Of a stretch of DNA of 64,000 nucleotides, positions 13,260-25,440 are shown one piece after another. The position numbers and the translations under genes were made by a program. The stretch spans positions 1 through 64,000 of the forward strand of contig NW_021832248.1 of assembly GCF_006345805.1 (NCBI RefSeq), written 5' to 3'. Each line of letters opens with the position of its first letter. The first letter of the stretch is position 1. The notes beneath the pieces were generated by a model, which was not told the origin of the DNA, made no database searches, and saw only the letters and a list, made by a program, of their open reading frames with translations. The stretch comes from Octopus sinensis. Taxonomy: Eukaryota.

Positions 13260-14278
13260 GTTTGGTAAAGCACGTGGGTGAATATATAAGAAAATAGTAA
13301 AGTGTGAAAAAAACGACGAAGGCTTAAATGTTAAAAATATATATATTTGTGTCAAATGTCTGGAGAATATGGAAAATTTTTTTTTTTTTTTTTTTTTTTC
13401 CTTTCCTTAAAATGACATAATTTTAAAAATTTTTAAAGAAATACCGGTTTCGCGTGTAGCTTTTCAAATTTCTTGTGACGTTATGTTTATATTGCATGGA
13501 ATTATCGTTGTTTTTATTTCCAGGAGATTTCTAAATAAGGGAGGTAGTGAATGATTTTTTCCGGTGTAGGGAGATAATCGCTTAAAAATTTTTTTTTCCC
13601 TTTTCCTTGTTAATTTCTCTGTGTCAGTATGTTCGGATGGTTGAGTCTGGGTTTGTACTTTTCAATGAAGAATGTTTCCTTGTTCAGTCTCATTTGCGTT
13701 GATGATCCGAAAGCACATTGGTAAAATGGGAAGATAAAAATTGTGGCAGTAGTTGCTTTGCGCATTTCTCAATGTGCTCACTAAAAGGTATCATTCTATA
13801 TTCTGGGAATGCAATCTGTTGTCGATGCAGTGTGCATCTGCGCCTGAGTGATAGTCCCGTGGAACCCCGTAGTCTTGGTGGCAGCCCGAGCATTTAATAA
13901 CATAAATTATGTTTTCAGAGGCACAAGTAAAGTTAGATTTGATCTTAAATTTCTGTCCCTCTTTAAAGAAGAATTCTGATCCTTCCAATAGGTTAGGACA
14001 TGTTGCACAGTTCGATCTACCACATTTTTTTTACTTTTGCATCCGTAATTTTAGAAGACAATTTTGCCTTTGTGAGAATCTTTTTCAGTGATTTAGGCTG
14101 TTTGTAGCTTTTAATGATTTGGTGTATGTTTAGAATTTCCTTTAATTTGGGTTTTTATGAAGTATTGGTAAATTCTGGGTGATGATGGTGAAGGCCTTCT
14201 TTGTTTCTGGGGTTGTATGTAGATATGTAAGGTAGTATTTTCGGGGAAGGTGTTGTTTGTGTTGAACTTTTCTTAAAG
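13260..14278 (-). mobile_element. Penelope-like element 3' part (Zn finger + GIY-YIG endonuclease + pLTR), left arm
   Basis: CGRSNCATC, NFTCASENIIYVIKCSGCHQDY..STG..RRRCTLHRQQI, FFIEKYKPRLN; frameshifted. Confidence 0.85.
13436..13474 (-). ncRNA. Hammerhead motif with U3-A8 core variant in PLE pLTR
   Basis: AAGAAAU-UUGAAAA-GC UACAC GC-GAAA-CCGG-UA-UUUCUU. Confidence 0.55.
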
Positions 14279-15292
14279 ACGTGCAACAGAAATCAACATA
14301 AACTTTAAGAAAAGTTCAACACAACAACACACCTTCCCCGAAAATACTACCTTACATATCTACATACAACCCCAGAAACAAAGAAGCCTTCACCATCATC
14401 ACCCAGAATTTACCAATACTTCATAAAAACCCAAAATTAAAGGAAATTCTAAACATACACCAAATCATTAAAGCTACAAACAGCCTAATCATTGAAAAAG
14501 ATTCTCACAAAGGCAAAATTGTCTTCTAAAATTACGATGCAAAAGTAAAAAATGTGGTAGATCGAACTGTGCACATGTCCTAACCTATTGGAAGGATCAG
14601 AATTCTTCTTTAAAGAGGGACAGAATTTAAGATCAAATCTAACTTACTTGTGCCTCTGAAAACATAATTTATGTTATTAAATGCTCGGGCTGCCACCAAG
14701 ACTACGTGGGTTCCACGGAACTATCATCAGGCGCAGATGCACACTGCATCGACAACAGATTGCAATCCCAGAATATAGAATGATACCTTTTAGTGAGCAC
14801 ATTGAGAAATGCGCAAAGCAACTACTGCCACAATTTTTAATCTTCCCATTTTACCAATGTGCTTCGGATCATCACGCAAATGAGACTGAACAAGGAAACA
14901 TTCTTCATTGAAAGTACAAACCCAGACTCAACCATCCGAACATATGACACAGAGAAATTAACAAGGAAAAGGGAAAAAAATTTTTAAGCGATTATCTCCC
15001 CTACACCGGAAAAAAATCACTCACTACCTCCCCTTATTTAGAAATCTCCTGGGAATAAAAACAACGATAATTCCATGCAATATAAACATAACGTCACAAG
15101 AAATTTGAAAAGCTACACGCGAAACCGGTAATTTTCTTAAAAATTTTAAAATTATGTCATTTTAAGGAAAGGAAAAAAAAAAAAAAGAAAAAAAAAAAAA
15201 AAAAATTTTTCAATATTTCTCCAGACATTGTGACACAAACATATATTTTTTTAACATTTAGCCTTCTGTCGTTTTTTCACACTTTACTATTT

Positions 15293-15295
<3 letters not shown>
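14279..15295 (+). mobile_element. Penelope-like element 3' part, right arm (inverted copy of 13260-14278)
   Basis: ILPYISTYNPRN linker, CxxxxCxxC finger, GIY-YIG motifs; differs from left arm mostly by single-base indels. Confidence 0.85.
15098..15138 (+). ncRNA. Hammerhead motif with U3-A8 core variant in PLE pLTR
   Basis: AAGAAAU-UUGAAAA-GC UACAC GC-GAAA-CCGG-UA-AUUUUCUU. Confidence 0.6.
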
Positions 15296-15328
<33 letters not shown>

Positions 15329-15332
<4 letters not shown>

Positions 15333-18300
15333 GGCTTAGTAAAATAAATTACTTTGCCGCATACTGAACTCATTAAATAGCAGCTAAAAACTTTTTTAAA
15401 GCTATTTCTAATACTTAAAAGAATCTCTCTCATATATAGTGTTTGCTTAATTCAACTCACAACAAGTTTGGGGGTAAGGACACTCGAAAAATCAAATGCT
15501 AAGGTTATTCGAGAACGTACGTTTCAAATTAGTCAAAACAACATTTCATCATCGGCTCAGAATTCCTTGGTTTGGATTTGGAAACACTGAGAATAAAACA
15601 TACCCTTTCGAAGAATCTGCTCCCACTACAGTGCCAACAAATTCAAATAAGCAAGCGAAGAATCTCTGTTCTCCTCCCTTTCCACCAGCGTGGGTTAAAA
15701 TCATCAAACACTATGCTTATTTCGGTAAAATCCGAGGCATTAATCAGAGGGAGATAATTATAATTTCACAACAATTGAGGGCAAAATTAATAATTTTAAA
15801 TCAATTCACCAAGTGTTCAGTATGCAAAGGGACCATTCAAGGCGAATTCAAATTTTACATTATATAAAAGGGCTTAGTAAAATAAATTACTTTGCCGCAT
15901 ACTGAACTCATTAGAAATAGCAGCTAAAAAACTTTTTTAAGCTATTTCTAATACTTAAAGAAAATCTCTCTCATATATAGTGTTTGCTTAATTCAACTCA
16001 CACAAGTTGGGGGTAAGGACATCGAAAAATCAAATGCTAAGGTTATTCGAGAACGTACGTTTCAAGATTAGTCAAAACAACATTCTATCATCGGCTCAGA
16101 AATTCCTTGGTTTGGATTTGAACACTGAAAATAAGAACATACCCTTTCGAAGATCTGCTCCCAACTAACAGTGCCAAACAAATTCAAATAAGCAAGCGAA
16201 GAATCTCTGTTCTCCCCTTTCCACCAGCGTGGGTTAAAATCATCAAACACTATGCTTATTTCGGTAAAATCCGAAGCATTAATCAGAGGGAGATTAATTA
16301 TAATTTCAACAATTGAGGGCAAAATTAATTAATTATTAATCAATTTCACCAATTGTTCAGTATGCAAAGGGACCATTCAAGGCGAATTCAAATTATTACA
16401 TTATATAAAAGGGCTTAGTAAAATAAATTACTTTGCCGCATACTGAACTCATTAGAAATAGCAGCTAAAAAACTTTTTTAAAGCTATTTCTAATACTTAA
16501 AGAAAATCTCTCTCATATATATGTGTTTTTGCTTAATTCAACTCACACAAGTTTGGGGGTAAGGACATCGAAAAATCAAATGCTAAGTTTTTCGAGAACG
16601 TACGTTTCAAGATTAGTCAAAACAACATTTCTATCATCGGCTCAGAAATTCCTTGGTTTGGATTTGGAAACACTGAAAATAAGAATACCCTTTCGAAGAT
16701 CTGCTCCCAACTAACAGTGCCAAACAAATTCAAATAAGCAAGCGAAGTGCATACTGAACACTTGGTGAAATTGATTAATAATTAATTATTTTGCCCTCAA
16801 TTGTTGAAATTATAATTAACTCCCTCTGATTAATGCTTCGGATTTTACCGAAATAAGCATAAGTGTTTGATGATTTTAACCCACGCTGGTGGAAAGGGGA
16901 GAACAGAGATTCTTCGCTTGCTTATTTGAATTTGTTTGGCACTGTTAGTTGGGAGCAGATCTTCGAAAGGGTAATGTTCTTATTTTCAGTGTTTCCAAAT
17001 CAAACCAAGGAATTTCTGAGCCGATGATAGAAATGTTGTTTTGACTAATCTTGAAACGTACGTTCTCGAATAACCTTAGCATTTGATTTTTCGATGTCCT
17101 TACCCCCAAACTTGTGTGAGTTGAATTAAGCAAACACTATATATGAGAGAGATTTTCTTAAGTATTAGAATAGCTTTAAAAAGTTTTTTAGCTGCTATTT
17201 CTAATGAGTTCAGTATGCGGCAAAGTATTTATTTTACTAGCCCTTTTTATATATGTAATAATTTGAATTCGCCTTGAATGGTCCCTTTGCATACTGAACA
17301 CTTGGTGAAATTGATTAATAATTAATTAATTTTGCCCTCAATTGTTGAAATTATATATTAATTCATCTCCCTCTGATTAATGCTTCGATTTTACCGAAAT
17401 AAGCATAGTGTTTGATGATTTTAACCCACGCTGGTGGAAAGGGGAGAACAGAGATTCTTCGCTTGCTTATTTGAATTTGTTTGGCACTGTTAGTTGGGAG
17501 CAGATCTCTTCGAAAGGGTATGTTCTTATTTTCAGTGTTTCCAAATCCAAACCAAGGAATTTCTGAGCCGATGATAGAAATGTTGTTTTGACTAATCTTG
17601 AAACGTACGTTCTCGAATAACCTTAGCATTTGATTTTTCGATGTCCTTACCCCCAAACTGTGTGAGTTGAATTAAGCAAACACTATATATGAGAGAGATT
17701 TTCTTTATTATTAGAAATAGCTTTAAAAAGTTTTTTAGCTGCTATTTCTAATGAGTTCAGTATGCGGCAAGTAATTTATTTTACTAAGCCCTTTTATATA
17801 TGTAATAATTTGAATTCGCCTTGAATGGTCCCTTTGCATACTGAACACTTGGTGAAATTGATTAATAATTAATTAATTTTGCCCTCAATTGTTGAAATTA
17901 TAATTAATCTCCCTCTGATTAATGCTTCGGATTTTACCGAAATAAGCAGGTGTTTGATGATTTTAACCCACGCTGGTGGAAAGGGGAGAACAGAGATTCT
18001 TCGCTTGCTTATTTGAATTTGTTTGGCACTGTTAGTTGGAGCAGATCTTCGAAAGGGTATGTTCTTATTTTCAGTGTTTCCAAATCCAAACCAAGGAATT
18101 TCTGAGCCGATGATAGAAATGTTGTTTTGACTAATCTTGAAACGTACGTTCTCGAATAACCTTAGCATTTGATTTTTCGATGTCCTTACCCCCCAAACTT
18201 GTGTGAGTTGAATTAAGCAAACACTATATATGAGAGAGATTTTCTTTAAGTATTAGAATAGCTTAAAAAAGTTTTTTAGCTGCTATTTCTAATGAGTTCA

Positions 18301-18441
18301 GTATGCGGCAAAGTAATTTATTTTACTAAGCCCTTTTATATAATGTAATAATTTGAATTCGCCTTGAATGGTCCCTTGCATACTGAACACTTGGTGAAAT
18401 TGATTAATAATTATTAATTTTGCCCTCAATTGTTGAAATTA
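15329..18441. repeat. ~540-bp tandem array, about 5.7 units, with an orientation switch at 16747/16748; one HHR motif per unit
   Basis: Unit starts at 15331, 15869 and 16410; inverted units at 16748, 17288, 17835 and 18377; (TA)n on both sides. Confidence 0.92.
17015..17070 (+). ncRNA. Hammerhead motif of the 540-bp unit (also + 17562-17617, 18101-18156; - 15508-15561, 16046-16100, 16591-16646)
   Basis: GAG-CCGAUGA-UAGA..UCUU-GAAA-CGUACG-UU-CUC; palindromic stem III ACGUACGU. Confidence 0.65.
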
Positions 18442-18578
18442 ATATATATATATATATATATATATATTAATATAATATATATATATATAGTTAATCCAAC
18501 AAGAAAGCAAAAAGACAACAACGCAAGGACGTGGAACAAAAAGTATTATTGGACGCTCAGGAAAAGGGAAGAAGGAGG

Positions 18579-18612
18579 GTTTGACGTTTCGAGCGGAGCT
18601 CTTCGTCGGAAC
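18579..18612 (-). ncRNA. Minimal PLE-type hammerhead motif within pLTR fragment ~18490-18700
   Basis: GUU-CCGACGA-A-GAGC UCC GCUC-GAAA-CG-UC-AAAC. Confidence 0.6.
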
Positions 18613-19264
18613 ATAGGGGAGGAAAGATCCTGAGAAGGGAAGACAGAGGAAAAAAATCGCTAGTGATACAGACGAGGTCATTGTGTCACCTGAGCTGTAT
18701 AAGATCACAGTTCACACACTTAACACCTCACGGGTGTATTCCATCTAGCAATAGCAATGTTACATAGACTGACTTAGATTAGTATCTCCCATATATTTCA
18801 GCACAATAAACCCGAATGTTTTTGTAATTAGCAGCCAATTTGTTTCAACTCTTCAGACACGCATCATAGATCGTAGATATAATGTCTCATTTTCAAGATT
18901 ATGTTCAAATACTTCATTATCACCTGGGCCCACATTTATTCACTTCTAGTGGACTAAAGTTTCGACGATGTTTCGAATCTCACATACTCTAGGAAATTTT
19001 CCGCTTTCTTCTCTTTTCTCTTGTTACTGAGAGTTTTAAATGATAGAGTGAAGAAATAGAGTACAGACAACAAAGAGAAGAATGGGCGAAGTAAATTCTC
19101 TTAGATTCTCAACTGTGCTGTAATTTGAGGGTGTGTAGAGGAAGATGTATGAAACGATATGGAACGTCAAGTAATATTGAACTTTGAACACATCTTTCAG
19201 AACACTATTTGATCCGAGAGTAACAATGTAATCACCGAAATCATATATATATATAAATATATTA

Positions 19265-19321
<57 letters not shown>

Positions 19322-19326
<5 letters not shown>

Positions 19327-19877
19327 AAATATTAGGGAATAAATCCAAACTTACAGGGAAAATCAGATTTAAGATTGAATCCAATTTATAGTAAAATATT
19401 ATATTATATTAATTAGAGATAAAACCACTATTAGGCAAATCATACAATGAAAAACTTAAGCCAATACATAAGATTAATTAATTTATATTATTTAAATATA
19501 TATCAAAATTATTAAAAAAAGATAATTAATATAACACTACGATCGTTTCATGGCTGTTTAATTCTTAAATTTTTCGAGTTACAGTCATTCTTCAGTGGTT
19601 TAAATATTTAACTTGGCGAGGTTTAATCAATGAACTCAAAGTTCATTGATTATTCTCATCCACCTCGCCAAGTTAAATATTTAAACCACGTGAAGATGAC
19701 TGTAACTCGAAAATTTTAGAATTGAACAGCCATGAAACGATCGTAGTGTTATATTAATTATCTTTTTTTAATTTTTGATATATATTTAAATAATATAAAT
19801 TTAATCTTATGTATTGGCTTAAGTTTTTCATTGTATGATTTGCCTAATAGTGGTTTTATCTCTAATTTAATATAATA
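19322..19877. mobile_element. Foldback PLE pLTR-like insertion in (TA)n; HHR motifs at 19533-19600 (-) and 19684-19750 (+)
   Basis: ~220-bp inverted arms; CUGAAGA-AUGACUGU..ACAGCCAU-GAAA-CGAUCG-UA-GUG. Confidence 0.75.
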
Positions 19878-19956
19878 TATATATATATACACACACAAAA
19901 ACTATATTCCTGATTAACCATTCTTTGATATTGCTGCAACCCTTATGCGTGTATAG

Positions 19957-20011
<55 letters not shown>

Positions 20012-20984
20012 TTATTGTATTACTGTGTCTGGGGAGCTTCATTCTCTTTTAGTACCTTTAACACACTCACCGGTTCGATTTCCACTCATTTACTTATTTA
20101 TTTTTTATAAAATTTTCGTTGCACTTTGCAACCTTTTCAGTAGTCGTTGACGCTGTTCGTTACAGAACTGCTTTCTTTTTGTATGTTTGTTTGTGCGCAT
20201 GTGTGTACGTCAGTGAGCATGCGTATACATATATGTATGTATGTATATATGTTTGTATGTATATGTATGCGTGTATGTGTGTGTATGTGTTTGTTTGTAA
20301 GCGCGTGTACGTGTGCATTTGCGTGTGAACCTCTTTGTCCTTCCGTATTACCTATATACCGATCTATCTATTTATCTATCTGTTTATTTACACATCCATT
20401 TTCCAATATATATATATATATGGTTAGAAAAATCGTCTAAGGATATACATATGCAATGAATTATTGGTGTATTACCAATATGCGATTCTGAGTATTAGTA
20501 TTAATACTCATGAATCATAGGCAAGGAAAGGAATAAACCGAAGTTTATATGTATCTAAGAAAGTTTATCTTTATTTTTTGCCTTCTTTTTTCCCCATTTC
20601 CCTTGACCTCTCTCTTCATTTTAACATACACATCTCTTCTCTCCTCTCCATCCACTTAATACTAACGCTACATTCTCAAATTTATATTCACACAACAAGA
20701 CGCCTTTGAATGAACAGCACATGGAATCTACGTCTTCATACTTACCATTTGTGATAACAAAATGTGAACTCCAATTGGAATTTAGATACCACGAACAAGA
20801 AGCATTTCTACCACTACTACACACCACTTTCCTTGTATAATGGAACTGCATCTATAACATCCTACATTTATTTTTATTTCTACATTAATTCTTATATTTC
20901 CCTCTATACTGCTTATTTGCTTCCTTTATATTTCCATCTTTATATTGAACTATAATGTTACCCTGTATTTAACCATTTTACATA

Positions 20985-21032
20985 GTCTCTGATGAAAGGA
21001 TATCCGTAATATCCCAGAAACAGCTGTAAGAC
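20985..21032 (+). ncRNA. Minimal type I hammerhead motif
   Basis: GUCU-CUGAUGA-AA-GGAUAU CCGUA AUAUCC-CA-GAAA-CAGCUG-UA-AGAC. Confidence 0.65.
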
Positions 21033-21137
21033 AAACTTTCTCGATGTAAATGTCCTGAAAATTCCACACATCCTTGGCTTTGTTGTCCCATTTCATTTAA
21101 GATACGTATCTGTATAAATGTGTGTAAATTTTTATAT

Positions 21138-21180
<43 letters not shown>

Positions 21181-21239
21181 CATACATATACATATACATA
21201 TACATACATACATATATATATATGCATACATATGTATAT

Positions 21240-21284
<45 letters not shown>

Positions 21285-21300
21285 ATATATATATATACAT

Positions 21301-21350
<50 letters not shown>

Positions 21351-21355
<5 letters not shown>

Positions 21356-21530
21356 TATTAAATTAGAGACAAAACCACTATTATGCAAATCAAACAAAGA
21401 AAGACTTTGATTTGCATAATAGTGGTTTTGTCTCTAATTTAATATAATATAATATTTTACTATAAAATTGGATTCAATCCTAAATCTGATTTTTCCCTGT
21501 AAGTTTGGATTTATTCCCTAATTTTTATTA
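21351..21530. mobile_element. Short foldback of the 19.3/28.7-kb family (tail only)
   Basis: ATTAGAGACAAAACCACTATTATGCAAATCAAA and its reverse complement; same termini as sister copies. Confidence 0.75.
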
Positions 21531-21574
21531 TATATACCCTTTATATATATATATTTATATATATATATATATAC

Positions 21575-21618
<44 letters not shown>

Positions 21619-21706
21619 GGAGAATTCACTTGCAAACAAAAGCCGAATACAGGTTGTGTAGACAACAAGCAGATGTATTAGTTTAACGCTCGGGAAGTGA
21701 AAAAGT

Positions 21707-21742
21707 CTTTAACGTTTCGAGCCTACGCTCTTCCACAGAAAG
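21707..21742 (-). ncRNA. Minimal PLE-type hammerhead motif (A6U variant)
   Basis: CUUU-CUGUGGA-A-GAGC GUAG GCUC-GAAA-CG-UU-AAAG. Confidence 0.55.
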
Positions 21743-21802
21743 GAACACAGAAAGAAACAAGAAGAGAAAATAAAGAAAGAATGTGTAGTGGCTAGGGATC
21801 TA

Positions 21803-21886
<84 letters not shown>

Positions 21887-22131
21887 GTGTACGCTAAAGG
21901 TAGATGGATATATATGCTAATAGTTGGATATTTACATATATACATACAAGTAAATTTGGGACGCTGCATGGATACGTATATGCGCACGCATAAAGCAATA
22001 CATAGAATTACATATACACTTTCATAATAGTCAAAAATCATTTGTACACATATTGAAATACATATACATATTTACATACAGACACACTGATACACATGTA
22101 TGAAAACATGCAGTTAGGACTCTCTCTTTCT

Positions 22132-22162
<31 letters not shown>

Positions 22163-22301
22163 CATAGAATCATATGTATATTCATGTATATACATATAAA
22201 TCTGTATGTGTGTGTGTCTATGTGTGTGTTTCAGACAAGAATACATATATATACATATATGCATAAATACATATACTCATACATATAGGTATACATATAT
22301 A

Positions 22302-22531
22302 TTTCTTTACTACCCACAAGGGGCTAAACACAGAGAGGACAAACAAGGACAGACAAAGGGATTAAGTCGACTACATCGACCCCAGTGCGTAACTGGTACT
22401 TAATTTATCGACCCCGAAGGATGAAAGGCAAAGTCGAACTCGGCGGAATTTGAACTCGGAACGTAACGACAGACGAAATACGGCTACGAATTTCGCCCGG
22501 CGTGCTAACGTTTCTACCAGCTCGCCGCCTT
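22302..22531 (-). mobile_element. Nin/Deu-domain SINE (family C) monomer
   Basis: Head AAGGCGGCGAGCTGG, B box GAGTTCAAATTCC, core CTTTGCCTTTCATCCTTCGGGGTCGATAAATTAAGTACCAG; TAGGTATACATATA on both sides. Confidence 0.85.
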
Positions 22532-22888
22532 GTAGGTATACATATAGGTATACATATAGATTTTGCTAAGATGGAAACGACTGTGTGAGAAAAGCAGAGA
22601 AGTAGTTACATAACGAAAAAAACTGGTTCAAAATAATGAAAGGATGCGGAGGAAAATATAGAGTGCGTTGCCATGTTTCTATAAGACGAACGTTCTGGCA
22701 GGAATCTGGTTCAATTGTCATGTGTGCTTGAACGGATATCCGCATTAAGATACATCTACGTACGTTCTCTTGAGGCAAACACATGCTGAAAATCTAATCG
22801 CTAATGGCCATGTATAGCATGTGTATGTGTGTGTATTGTGATATGTGGATGCATGTATGCATGGCATGCATGTGCATGTGCGTTGGTG

Positions 22889-22925
<37 letters not shown>

Positions 22926-23056
22926 ACGAGCCACCGGGAGAGGCTAATTTGTTAATTTTGTGTACATACGTTTGTGTACGACAATTCTTGAACTCCCACA
23001 TAAGTTTTGTATGTACGTTTTATATGACGTGTGTTTGTGTTTGAATGCGTGTGTAA

Positions 23057-23091
<35 letters not shown>

Positions 23092-23182
23092 TGTATGTAT
23101 GTATGTATGTATGTATGTATGTATATGTGTATGTATGTATATATATGTTGTGTGTGTATGTATGTATATATGCATACATACG

Positions 23183-23240
<58 letters not shown>

Positions 23241-23624
23241 AATTAGAAAAAAAAACCTTTTTAGCAATTCAAAATGAAAAATTAAATTACACCATCTAGA
23301 AAATTACATATAATAGAATTATTAAATATAAAATAAAAATACTAAACCGATGATTAAGAATGATTATTATTGGGCTATTTGAGAGAAATGAATATATTCT
23401 TCTAGCAAGTTCTTCTAAATTCTTCTAATTCAGGTATATATATGTCTGAAATTAAATGTATGACAAAAGAAAAGGAAATTATGCAATGTACTTCATTAGC
23501 TTACAACTGTTTCTGCCATAAGATGCAGTACAGTTCAGAGTTGAGTGCTTGTGGATAGATTCATCGGAGCTTCGAAAATGTGATTCCGCTCAGACTTACC
23601 GATGCTAATAGCCAGTCGTTATTA

Positions 23625-24545
23625 GGGGTTGTCTGTCATTCTATCCATATCTGTGCATCAAAGGCACGTTCAGAATTTAGAAGAACTTGCTAGAAGAATA
23701 TATTCATTTCTCTCAAATAGCCTAAAGAAACTGCAGGAATATGAAGAATTTCAGGTATTTCCTGAGACAAATCCTCATAAATTATTACATGTAAGTTGTA
23801 CAAGGTGGCTATCTTTTGAACAAGTTGTCAAAAGAATACCCAAACAGTAGCCCACGCTAGTGTTCTTTTTTATTACTGCTGCTATTGACGATAACAACAG
23901 TGCAGCTTCAAATGCGCCGAACTCAATAACAAATCCAATCACAGTCATGTATTATGCATTTTTAGCATACATTTTGCCAGATATTAATAACTAAGCTGAA
24001 CTTAGATTTCCAATCAGAAAGCTATACAATGCACAAACTGCACAATTCTATCACATGTACTGTTAAGGGAATACTTGGCAATTTTGTAAAAAAAAATTTT
24101 TTAAATGAAAAAAGAAATTGTGGAAAACTAAGATCGACATGAAATTAACATCAAAGATCCTTCAGTGTATATTCCTATAACTGAAATTTCCAGACAAGCA
24201 AAGGTTGAAAGCATCAACATAAAGAAAGTTCATATATTCGCCCAACTGAATTGAAACAATTTCATGTGAAAACATAAAATTTCTATGTGAGCATTGGGAA
24301 GGAATTTTTCAGCGCTTTTTTGGACATGATTTCTTCTGTAATCTGGAGCTTCTAGAAGCACCAGACCCAGTTAGTATTCGTGATTGCAATGGTCCAATTT
24401 CAATTGTTCCTCTGGCATGCAAATTTCTAAATATTGTACAGAAGAGTCAGATTGAAGCTCTTAATAAAAATGGAGAGAACTTCTACTTCAAGATAAAAAT
24501 GACATAATTGAAGCTACCAAACCAGAAGATTATTGGTGGAGACGA
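23625..24545 (+). pseudogene. Decayed hAT transposase (ZNF862/ZBED-like)
   Basis: VCHSIHICASKA, LEELARRIYSFLSNS, KLLHVSCTRWLS, LNLDFQSE; stops and frameshifts. Confidence 0.75.
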
Positions 24546-24689
24546 AACTCGTTATGAAGAAAAATTTCTTCGTGCAATCTGATAAATTATGACAAATATA
24601 CGGAATTAAGCTTCTGCAAAAGCTAACCACTGCTTTTTAAATTTCAGATAAATTATACAAAACGCTATTTTTTTAGCTTGAATAATTAA

Positions 24690-25440
24690 TAATATCCAAT
24701 TCGTTTACTGGGGTGATGGTATTGGTCAAAGTGAAAGCGTTCAGAAGAGATCTTTTTTGAAAGCTTAACAATCAATAATCTCAAACTAGACAAACATATG
24801 ATATTGTTCATCGTTATCATTACTCTATCATTCGTAAGTGACCCATAGACAATATTATATGTTTTATTCATACAATCGAGTTTAGAATATGCTTAGTATT
24901 CAATCATAGTCTTTTCTAGATTCGTATGACTACAGTCATGTTTTTCGATGAAAATTAGGTTTACTATACTTGGGTATAAAATGTGGAATCACGGGAGTCA
25001 GATATTATACTCTGTCCTCTACGTTAAGAGTGATAGGATTACGTTTAGCATCAAGAATAATAGAATTGCATGTCTTCGTGTCAATTTTGCAAAAAAAAAT
25101 ATTGGTAATGCTTTTGGTTGCAAATATTCTGCGTGTGCTTTTATCAACAACATTATGATACTTTGTTCTACGAACATAATTTTTGGAATCACGTGAAGGA
25201 AGTTCTTGTTTAAGGCACTTTGAAGGCGATCGTTTTGTATCATATTCTCTTTTCCAAACTGGAGAGATTTCTTGAACGACTTTAATTCTTTAGTTCTTGA
25301 ACAGCTTCAGGGTTTTCTACTTGATTGACATGCGAATTTATTATATGTGTCATTTCTTGGCGTATCTTTGCCAAGAAAATAAGCACGCCATTCCATTCTT
25401 CTTATGAAAACCCGTTTTTGACTCAAGATTTCCAGTTGCT
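24690..25440 (-). pseudogene. Highly decayed Penelope-like RT N-terminal region
   Basis: FIRRMEWRAYF, KELKSF, VDKS and LNVEDRV motifs resemble the PLE N-terminal/RT start. Confidence 0.5.

Noticed and set aside
15496-18168. ORFs of 60-123 aa within the 540-bp array
   Set aside because: Frames break differently in each unit; no recognisable domain
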